Positions 53,839 to 64,000 of a stretch of 64,000 nt of DNA are shown piece by piece (within the stretch, counting starts at the first letter, position 1; the number at the start of each line of letters is the position of its first letter). The notes under the pieces are model-generated. The model saw only the letters and a program-made list of their open reading frames with translations. It was not told where the DNA came from and searched no databases. A program made the translations under genes and the position numbers. The stretch is from Tubiluchus corallicola (taxonomy: Eukaryota > Animalia > Priapulida): NCBI GenBank assembly GCA_030141605.1, contig JAQGDQ010000110.1, positions 1 through 64,000 on the forward strand, read 5' to 3'.

Positions 53839-53941
53839 GATTGATACGTTTGTGTTGAAACTTAAATCGGTTGGCCTTGTGAAATACTTGACTATTTGGC
53901 ACAACAATAAGGGCGTTGGTGCAGGGTGGATGTTGGAAAAG
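53839..53941 (+). CDS. PKD1L-like exon l: PLAT domain continued (gene then runs into the gap)
   Basis: (Q)IDTFVLKLKSVGLVKYLTIWHNNKGVGAGWMLEK matches PLAT D.F....G....IWHDN.G...W.L; phase 2 to 0. Confidence 0.85.
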
Positions 53942-53990
53942 GTGTGTTCTCTTTCAACTTTTCTTTATTTGTTTTTATTCCGTCTTTTGC

Positions 53991-54696
53991 TTGCACAAGA
54001 AAACCCTCCACTTACATAAAGCTTAAGAAATTCGCCTTGAAATTTTATATCGCTGACACACTGCCTTTTTACATACAGATCTTCAATTGGCAGCAACGCT
54101 GTATAAAACATGTAAATTTAAACTCCCGTGATGACCATTAGATTCAGCCATTTTCACGGCAGGTCATTTGAAACAAGTTTAGATAACATTTTGTAAAGTT
54201 TGAAAAAATAATCAGAGCATTCGTAGCGCACATGTCACTAACTAAATAAAATTCAAAATTACTGCATCTTGTCAATAAGATTAAAAATAAGTTTTTGGTT
54301 AGTGAGTGGTGCACCCTGGAGGGTGAGTCAGCGACGTTTTACCAATTGGTGAAAATGTTTAAATGATTAATTACATTTCTAGTTTTTAATGATTATTTTA
54401 AGTATTTTTGTTCTAGTTACGTAAGTGTTTCCAGCAGGTAAGCGAAATGCTAAGTAATATAGATTTGCACGGAAAGTTTTTTAGGACATTATTTAACATT
54501 TCCTTTCCTTCCCTCGATTTGGTACATGACGTCATGTAATGGCGACTTCGGAACAGTATTGCAGGAGATTTAAAATGAAAACGAACTAAAATTCCTTTCA
54601 GTGTGAGTAAGATATACGGATAAAATTGCTATAAAGTAATATAATTTTTAAGATGATTTTTCTGAAACCTACTTCAGGCACCCCTTTTCTTGTCTT
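53991..54696 (+). mobile_element. Kolobok-like family A copy next to the gap (mirror at ~55284-55989)
   Basis: Colinear with 47685-48360. Confidence 0.65.
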
Positions 54697-54712
54697 TTAA
54701 ACATTCACTTGT

Positions 54713-55267
54713 NNNNNNNNNNNNNNNNNNNNNNNNNNNNNNNNNNNNNNNNNNNNNNNNNNNNNNNNNNNNNNNNNNNNNNNNNNNNNNNNNNNNNNNN
54801 NNNNNNNNNNNNNNNNNNNNNNNNNNNNNNNNNNNNNNNNNNNNNNNNNNNNNNNNNNNNNNNNNNNNNNNNNNNNNNNNNNNNNNNNNNNNNNNNNNNN
54901 NNNNNNNNNNNNNNNNNNNNNNNNNNNNNNNNNNNNNNNNNNNNNNNNNNNNNNNNNNNNNNNNNNNNNNNNNNNNNNNNNNNNNNNNNNNNNNNNNNNN
55001 NNNNNNNNNNNNNNNNNNNNNNNNNNNNNNNNNNNNNNNNNNNNNNNNNNNNNNNNNNNNNNNNNNNNNNNNNNNNNNNNNNNNNNNNNNNNNNNNNNNN
55101 NNNNNNNNNNNNNNNNNNNNNNNNNNNNNNNNNNNNNNNNNNNNNNNNNNNNNNNNNNNNNNNNNNNNNNNNNNNNNNNNNNNNNNNNNNNNNNNNNNNN
55201 NNNNNNNNNNNNNNNNNNNNNNNNNNNNNNNNNNNNNNNNNNNNNNNNNNNNNNNNNNNNNNNNNNN
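54713..55267. other. Assembly gap (555 N) at the centre of the large palindrome
   Basis: N run; both flanks end on the same base. Confidence 0.99.
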
Positions 55268-56038
55268 ACAAGTGAATGTTTAAAAGACAAGAAAAGGGGT
55301 GCCTGAAGTAGGTTTCAGAAAAATCATCTTAAAAATTATATTACTTTATAGCAATTTTATCCGTATATCTTACTCACACTGAAAGGAATTTTAGTTCGTT
55401 TTCATTTTAAATCTCCTGCAATACTGTTCCGAAGTCGCCATTACATGACGTCATGTACCAAATCGAGGGAAGGAAAGGAAATGTTAAATAATGTCCTAAA
55501 AAACTTTCCGTGCAAATCTATATTACTTAGCATTTCGCTTACCTGCTGGAAACACTTACGTAACTAGAACAAAAATACTTAAAATAATCATTAAAAACTA
55601 GAAATGTAATTAATCATTTAAACATTTTCACCAATTGGTAAAACGTCGCTGACTCACCCTCCAGGGTGCACCACTCACTAACCAAAAACTTATTTTTAAT
55701 CTTATTGACAAGATGCAGTAATTTTGAATTTTATTTAGTTAGTGACATGTGCGCTACGAATGCTCTGATTATTTTTTCAAACTTTACAAAATGTTATCTA
55801 AACTTGTTTCAAATGACCTGCCGTGAAAATGGCTGAATCTAATGGTCATCACGGGAGTTTAAATTTACATGTTTTATACAGCGTTGCTGCCAATTGAAGA
55901 TCTGTATGTAAAAAGGCAGTGTGTCAGCGATATAAAATTTCAAGGCGAATTTCTTAAGCTTTATGTAAGTGGAGGGTTTTCTTGTGCAAGCAAAAGACGG
56001 AATAAAAACAAATAAAGAAAAGTTGAAAGAGAACACAC

Positions 56039-56141
56039 CTTTTCCAACATCCACCCTGCACCAACGCCCTTATTGTTGTGCCAAATAGTCAAGTATTTCA
56101 CAAGGCCAACCGATTTAAGTTTCAACACAAACGTATCAATC
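56039..56141 (-). CDS. Mirror copy of PKD1L-like exon l (PLAT)
   Basis: Reverse complement of 53839-53941. Confidence 0.6.
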
Positions 56142-57652
56142 CTATGAGATTCAACGAAAATGAATCGTAACATTTTTCGGTGAATCAGCAGAAAGCAAAA
56201 ACACAAAAACCACCACGTACAAAACGAAACACGATACTAGTGACTTAACACGTACTGTCAACCTCGGGTATAAGGTATTCGCTTATAAGGGACCATCAAC
56301 ACCGTTCCCAATTTTTCGTAACGTTTTTCCATGTAAAAATCTTCGTATATAAGGTACTCGCTTATAAGAGACACTCACATGGGACCATCAACACCGGTCC
56401 CGATTTTTCGTAACGTTTTTCCTATGTAAAAATCTTCGTATATAAGGTACTCGGATATAAGGGACTTTCGGTTATACGGGACGATGTCTTCAGGTCCTGC
56501 GTAATAGAAACCCAGGTAAATTGCCTCGCATATAAGGGACCCTAAGATCAAAGCAAAATTGATCGATTTTTAACTTCAATTTTTCGCAAACTCGGCCTTC
56601 GAACAGCTTGGTTTCTGCAGTCACATACATCTCACATCACTGAAGGAGCTTCCTACATACCGTTTGCACTGAATGTCTAGCAATAATCCATAGAAATATG
56701 GGTAAAAGTACAGGTTTAGATACACCCTCGGTCGGACTCAACTTCGGCTATAAGGGGCGGTTTTTTCCGGTCCGGAGGAGTCCCTTGATATCCAAGGTTG
56801 ACTGTATGTAAAACAACGATTCGCTATCAAATGTTGCTGTATGACGAATCTTGTAAGTCTCACACATTTTAATTACTAAAATTAGCTAATAAATCTTAAG
56901 ACTACTAAACACAGGCACAGGTAAGTTCCAGAAAGGGTATTTGTGTGCTTGCAAACCAAAACCGACCACATGTCGTCGTAGTTACATGTATGTTATTATA
57001 CCTCAAAGTAGAAAGTAGCGAAAATTTGGTCAGATGTCAATTTTTTCTTTCTTATAAAAAGAAACACTAAATATATTAAAATTTCACATTCTAGCATCAA
57101 ATTATCCAGAAAATGTTCAAAAAATACTATTTTGTAACCCATACCCACTTTTTGGCTAGAAATTAGTACTGCAATTGCAAAAAACTCCTATTTTCAAACT
57201 GTGATAGTAGCTTGCAGAAGCAGTAATTTTGCTTTAGGTTTTTTGTATTGCCAAGGCCAGATCTTCGTCAGGAAGAGCCATCTACTGGATTTAAACATAA
57301 CTTCAATGTATTGTTGCAAAGTTCGTACAAACCAATATTTGTACGGTTGCTAAGTGTTATGTAGAAACGCGACAAAAAACAATGGCTAATTTTAACAGTG
57401 ATTTTCTCAAGGTTATGTTTTTCAATGAGCAGCCTGCACCTCAACTTCAACGTGGATTATCTCAGATTAGAAATAACATAGAGCGATGAGCTTGGTATCA
57501 AAATGATCCTCATGAGGATATGAGAAAAGCTTAATTGCCGACTTATGGACGATCTTGCTATACAAGCACACATATTATAAGCATTTAGCTCTAATAACCA
57601 ACGAACTTCGCTTCTAAATAAAGCACAGAATCATTGAAACTTGAAATCTTAC

Positions 57653-57797
57653 TGTGATCGTGCAAAAGAGTTGATGGTACTGTCCAACTTTTGCTCTGTA
57701 GAGTTTCCAAGGCTTCCGTGAAGCTGCACAAAAACACCTGCTTGAGTATTACTAAACATTTCATCTGCAGTGTAAATGTCAATATTGTATGTGACAT
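57653..57797 (-). CDS. Mirror copy of exon k (PLAT)
   Basis: Reverse complement of 52224-52368. Confidence 0.6.
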
Positions 57798-58145
57798 CTG
57801 TAAAATAAATAAATATGCTACCAGTTCATAGATGGCGACTCCAGTTTGGATCACAAATCAGTTGTTAAAATTAGGTCGACAGAGAGAGAGGCCATTTGTT
57901 GTCCTAACTTTGGCCAGTCTCAGGACCACGTGTTTTTATAAGAAACTGTTTTCAAATGCATTCACAATTACAATGTTGAGGTTCATTTGCAAATATTCTA
58001 AATGCATTAGAAATCTAATACCTATAGTATCCACATTAATACAATAATTATAAATGGAGAAATGTAACTAATATGCGAAACTTGGAAACAATATTTGAGT
58101 ACTTATTGCTAATTATATACTAAAAACAAATGAACTGATTTTTAC

Positions 58146-59088
58146 CTGCTGACGTCAAGTTACTTGCTTCTTGTGCAGTCAAGTTGCCCATTTTTGCAAA
58201 TATGTCGGACTCATCTTGCCACAATACTTCAACACAATCGGGCTCCGTCGACTCAACGAAAGCGCGGCATGATTCATGAACAGGCACGTTACAAGATGCG
58301 TACTGCTCCTCACAGTTTTTGCTGCAAATATCGACCATCTTTAAGCTGCAAAATGGCCGACATTCGTAACAGGATTTATTGCACGCCAACAGTTCAACAT
58401 TACAATGTTGAGTAGAACTTCCCCGGCAACCATGATACACGGCTTTGCATTTTTCCCGCCTGGATTCCCAAAGTAACGAATTCTCACAGTCCGAATCTAA
58501 ACTGTTGATGCACTTGGAAGTTGTTTCACATGTTGAATTGCAGGTAGCGCTGCAGTTGATCCATTCACTTTTACACTCCGACTCACATAAATCATATAAC
58601 AGTATAGCATCTAAATCAGTATCGCACTGCGCAACACAAATATTGTAATTTTCTACACAAACTTGCTCTGCAGTGAGGAGACATAGCTTTTCCTCCTTGG
58701 CACATTCTATAGACAGGTTCCTACATGTTTCTAACCACTGGTCATAACATCCTTGCATTCGTAAGCACCCGTCTATACTACATGACTTGACATTAAGTAC
58801 GCACAAATCATCTTCGCACTGGCTGACTGCTGTATCTATACATTTCTCAACTTTTCCTCTGCACATGCGCAATGCATTGTCACAGCGTGGTGTTTGATAA
58901 GAATCATATATGATCCCCAGATAATACTCTTTAGAGCTGTTATTTTCATTGTGAACTCTTAAAAAGTAGTCGCTGTGTTTCGCGGGTAGTGCGCTCTCAT
59001 CATGACGAAGAGGAATTTGATTTACTTTCACGGAGCTTCCTCCTTTAAAATCCTTGATAAGAGGTCGGCCATCTTCCTTTAGAACAAC
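58146..59088 (-). CDS. Mirror copy of exon j (Cys-rich)
   Basis: Reverse complement of 50933-51875; identical 303-aa ORF. Confidence 0.6.
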
Positions 59089-59508
59089 CTATAAAGGCTT
59101 TAGAATCACTGATGGAATTTTCTTATTGAACTGGCTTCATGTTATCAAGTCATTAGTGACTTACCTTTGAACTTACCTTTTGAGTCAATATAACTGAGAT
59201 GAGGCTGGATGTAATAAAACAATTAATACGACATTATTTTTTATATATTTTTTTTTATATTTTATAGGGTAATCACAATTGCAAATAACACAGTACACAC
59301 AGCGATTATAAAAATACAATTACACATATATACAGCACTACAAAAAACTTATACCACATTATCAAGAACACAGTTACACAAGTCAAACTCAACAATTTAA
59401 ACCAAAGACACGACATCAAACCTTGATGTATAAACCCAATGGGTACAGCATGAATGTACATAAACACAAATTTAAGATAGTTGCATACACATATAATTTT
59501 TTTTTGCT

Positions 59509-59545
<37 letters not shown>

Positions 59546-61127
59546 TCTGAATGAAGTTGAACTCACAGATGGCGTCGGAGCTGTAGCCTCGTCGGTTATA
59601 TATATATATATACCAGCGAAAAACTATATGTGTATGCAACTATCTTAAATTTGTACATATATATATAATATAACCGATGAGACTACAGCTCCGACGCCAT
59701 CTGTGAGTTCAAGTTCATTCAGAAATTTTAGAATAAAAGCTGGGTGAACTGCTTTTCACCTGAGGTAGTTTCTACTTCTCCAGCTCCTAAGGCCGGCCAC
59801 ATAAACATTGTTTCTGTCTTACCTCAAAAGATGTCTGTAGGTAGGGAGGAAAATTTTTTTAAGTGAATGTTTGTGAATGTTTAAAACTGGATCGTGGAAT
59901 AGGTCATATCAGTTGAAATCAAAGTTTGTTTATTTTCCAACTGGTTTGTACATAAACACAAATTCAAGATAGCTGCATACACATGTAGTATTTAGTTTAC
60001 ATAAATGATGTTAGTTATATATATAGTTCGTTTATTTACTATTTTTTAATAATTATACTCGGGAAGTGATACATTTTAAAACAAAATTAGAAGCACTTTG
60101 AAGAATTTGTGAATCATTTTAGCCTAATAATCATTTTACTTTGACATCATCTAATAAGTAAGTAAAGTTTGGGTATATAGAGCTACCGTATTTTCCCGTG
60201 TATAAGAGACCCTTGTGTATAAGAGACCCCTTCAATTTTTAGGCAAAAATTCTGGAAAAAAGTTTTTTCAGACGGACATTTTTAGAGGGTAGAGTACAAC
60301 TTTTTTCAACTCAGTGCGGTACTGAAAACAAAATAAAACCAGTTAATGTGTTGTAGAAAAAGAGTACTGGTATATATTAAAGTGCGTACCTGCAAACCTG
60401 TAACAGGAAAAGAGAAAACGAGGAGATAATGCCTGTGTCACGATGCTTGTATTGCTTACAACCGCTTCATAGTCGAACGCGACACGCAAAACAGTTGTAG
60501 AGCACTTATTTAAAATCATTAGTGTCACAATTTATGCACCTTATTGAAAAGACTTACTCCCATGTATAAGAGACCCCCTATTTTTAAAGTGAAAATTCTG
60601 AGCAAAAAAGGGTCTCTTATACACGGGAAAATACGGTAATTTCTGTATAAAAGGTGTTTGTTAGTCGTTCATATCTACTCCAGTGTGACAACATAAGTGT
60701 TCCGTCTTCTATTTCTCGTTTGTTTGAGTCACATTGTGTACAGTATGTTTCATTAGCTGGGATTTTGTTAGGTTTATGATGTCTACCGGTTTCTATTGCG
60801 AGTGAGAACTAATACGTAGTTTCGTGAAAGCAATTTTAACATTGCGAGTTACATTATTAAGTTGTAAATAATTTTCTAAATTCTTAGCATTCTTTAATTT
60901 TGCAGTAGGTCTTAATTTGTTTCCATCGTTGTTATTAGTATTAGTATTAGTTCTCTTAACTTCTTCCTTCCATTTTTTGAGATATATATTTTCGAGTTTC
61001 TGTTTAACAATATACAGTAAGTGTTTGTTGCTTACAGTTCCGTTATTTTTCAATACATGATCAAAATTTGGATCAATTATATACCTTTAACAATACTAGT
61101 AAATATTAATTACTTCATACACTTTAC

Positions 61128-61276
61128 CTTTACAGATATTTTGGCAGGTAAATCAAGGAATGATATGACCACGTCACTGTAAGGTTCTACAACAAAGTTA
61201 TGAACAGAAATGTCCATGTTTCTAGGCTGGCCGGGTGTTATAGTAACATGTGAACTGGAGGGTTGAACTTCTGCAT
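61128..61276 (-). CDS. Mirror copy of exon i
   Basis: Reverse complement of 48712-48860. Confidence 0.6.
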
Positions 61277-62513
61277 CTAAAAATAGAACAAATTTCTGCT
61301 TCTTGGTAACGATTGGCACAATTTACAATAATCTGTGTTTATAGTGTTCCTCGCTACTTCGTGGTTCGTTTATTGCGGACTCGCTGTTTCGTGGGTTTTC
61401 AAAGAATATTATAAATCATAAAAAATTACCATTTACAGTAAATAGCGTATTTATTCGGCGGATGAATACACACCAAAAAGGAAATGTAGTACTTGGGCAC
61501 TGCTAGTAAATAACTCTACACATTAAGTAAATTCCACGTAAAACAACTGAAGTTACTGAACCAATTCTTTGCTTCGCACATGTCATGTGACGGTTGTAGT
61601 TAAGACGTGTTGCTATGATAAACTTAAAAGGACAAGAAAAGGGCCACCTGAAGTAGGTTTCAGAAAAATCGCCTTAAAAATTATATTACTTTATAGTAAT
61701 TTTATGCACATATCGTACTTGCACTGAAAGGAATTTTAGTTTGTTTTCATTTTAAATCTCCCGCAATATTGTTCCGAAGTCGCCATTACATGACGTCATG
61801 CACCAAACGTAAATCAAGGGAAGAGAAAGCAATGTTAAATTATATCTCAAAAGACTTTCCGTGCAAATCTATATTACCTAGATTTTTGCTTACCTGCTGG
61901 AGAGATTTATGTAACTAGAAAAGAAAATTATTAATTATTTAAAATGTTTTCACCAATTGGTAAAATGTCGCTGACTCACCCTCCAGGGTGCACCACTCAC
62001 TAACCAAAAAACGTATTTTTAATTTGATTTACAAGATACAGTAATTTTAAATTTTATTTAGTTAGTGACTTGTGCGCTACGAATGCTCTAATTATTTTTT
62101 CAAACTTTACACCATGTTATCTGAACTTGTTTCAAATGACATGTCGTAAAAATGGCTGCATCTAACGGCCATCGCGGGAGTTTAAATTTACATGTTTTAT
62201 ACAGCGTGAATGCCGAATGAAATCCTGTATGCAAAAAGGCAGTATGTAAGTGATATAAAACTCCAAAACGAATGTTTATGTTTATGAAGGGTTTTCTTGT
62301 GCTTTAACCTTTGACCTACAACAACTGTGCGTGCACACAACGAAACTGTGAAATGGCTACATTTCTTTATAAAGAAACCTTACTTCTAGACATATCGAAC
62401 TAAAAAAGCGAACTACAGTAGTAACATTCTTATTACTATTAGTTACTGATACTACAGTAGTAACAAGTAACATTTCACTAAAATCACAGCAATAAACAGC
62501 CATTGTCAATTAC

Positions 62514-62670
62514 CTTCCATATCCATAAAATATTGCAGTGGCTCTTTTAGCTCTTCAATATTAGAAACTGATTGGTTCTCTGGTTCGCTAATTGCTATGC
62601 TCGTTATGGGAGTGTTAATCAAACTTGACGAGTTGTCCCACAAGTAGGGGTTTTCCTTCATAAAGTACAT
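62514..62670 (-). CDS. Mirror copy of exon h
   Basis: Reverse complement of 47318-47474. Confidence 0.6.
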
Positions 62671-63625
62671 CTGAAAGCAAACTCCTATCTTTATTCATAC
62701 TAAAGTGTCTTTACCGAGAACAACGAATAACTACTACTACTACTACTTTAAAGACTCGATGTTGATGAGGACACAAACCGACAATTAGCAGGTTTGAACT
62801 AGGTACCTTTTACTTACAAGGCAGATGCTTTTACCACTAGGTCACCATATTCTCTAATGACCAAGGCAGTCTAAAGTTAAGAATTTGCAATATAACATTA
62901 TACACACTAGAGCATGGCTTCTCAACCTTGAGGCCCCAAAGCAGTTTAAATGGAGTCGCGGGATAGTCCAAAAACTATTTTTTTAAAAATGCCGTTTTCG
63001 CAAAAAGTATGTAAGTAGGTCTTGTTTCCTCAGTCTCTCGTTGGATCATTTTTTTCTGGAAAGTGAAACAGGGTTTTTCCCGCTCTAAATGAGGTGTATC
63101 AGTGCTTGATTTTCCGGAAAAATGAAAATGCGCGTTGTTCTGTACAATGTACACCGCCCAAAAGCGTGTTGTTATTCATTTTACCTTGGATACCTATTGC
63201 TGTTGCATTACTGGTCGCTGAGAAACACGTGCAACCTTCACATTAATGAATTGATGAAACAATCACTCGTTGTTTGTTGACTAGTAAGTTAAAATTAATA
63301 AATGCGAGCGATAAAGATGTTTAACAGCATAATAAATAATAATGATTATGTTCTTCGTGGGGTCGCGATATGATGGAGGGAAAGGATCAACAAAAGGTTG
63401 GCAACCACTGCTCTAGAGTGATTGTAGTTACTAATTATTATATTTTTCATCAATCTTGAGCCTGAAATTTCAACGGGTAAATAATTACGTAACAAATTAA
63501 TCATAAAGAAAAGTTACCAAATTTACAATGGCAAAAAGTAAAATTTCGTTAAGATTTTAACTGGCTTCGTCTTCTTTATCAAATTTTCAAAGCTTTTCAT
63601 CTAGAAGAACTTTGCTAAAATTCAC

Positions 63626-63723
63626 CTGCACGTCAAAGACTTTCTCTTCATCAGTATCATTCACTTGCGACAACGACGACGGCAATTTAAAGCGACCGAC
63701 GCCCTCCATTTTTATATCAGAAC
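63626..63723 (-). CDS. Mirror copy of exon g
   Basis: Reverse complement of 46265-46362. Confidence 0.6.
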
Positions 63724-64000
63724 CTACGAAAAATCAACAGTTAATCGCAAGTCTAATAAACATACTGATATATAATGTGTCGGCACAGTTGCAGCAGCGC
63801 TAATATAATTACACTAATCACATTAAATAAACTTTCTTAATCCAATCATTATATTTGTAATAGAAGTCGAAACTGGGGGAGCCTGTCATAGTAAAATTTC
63901 ATTTGAACACGAATCTCTGAAAAATATGTTTGGAAAATATGGGTTCACGGTGATTATTTTTGCAACCGTTTCCAATTCCCCTGACCTTTCTCCCCATTTT

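Larger units (their letters stand above)
55268..64000 (-). repeat. Inverted duplicate of 45988-54712 (extends to the window end)
   Basis: All ORFs mirrored with identical translations; ORF coordinate offsets show a net 41-bp and a net 33-bp length difference. Confidence 0.97.

Noticed and set aside
54690-55290. ORFs spanning the gap
   Set aside because: Made of N bases

Overview
AT-rich, repeat-dense genomic DNA of an invertebrate animal with spliceosomal introns; it is not prokaryotic and has no CRISPR array. Three genes could be reconstructed by hand from splice sites and phases. (1) A minus-strand secreted protein with a signal-peptide exon (3307-3342) and a His/Asp/Arg/Tyr-rich exon (1437-1866); its 3' end is not found. 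(2) A complete two-exon NK3/bagpipe (NKX3-2-like) homeobox gene (17945-18239, 25085-25494; 234 aa). (3) A partial polycystin-1-like (PKD1L/REJ family) gene with 12 phase-compatible exons from 35745 to 53941. In it a GAIN-like region runs into a 33-Cys insert and then directly into a PLAT domain, with no GPS motif or TM helix in between. Positions 45988-54712 are mirrored almost exactly at 55268-64000 across a 555-N gap, probably an assembly artefact. The rest is MITEs (hAT, Tc1/mariner-pogo, PIF/Harbinger, piggyBac, Kolobok-like), LINE 3' ends, SINEs (including a 5S-rRNA-headed RTE-type element), minisatellites, foldbacks and microsatellites. Family assignments rest on motif recall, not database searches.
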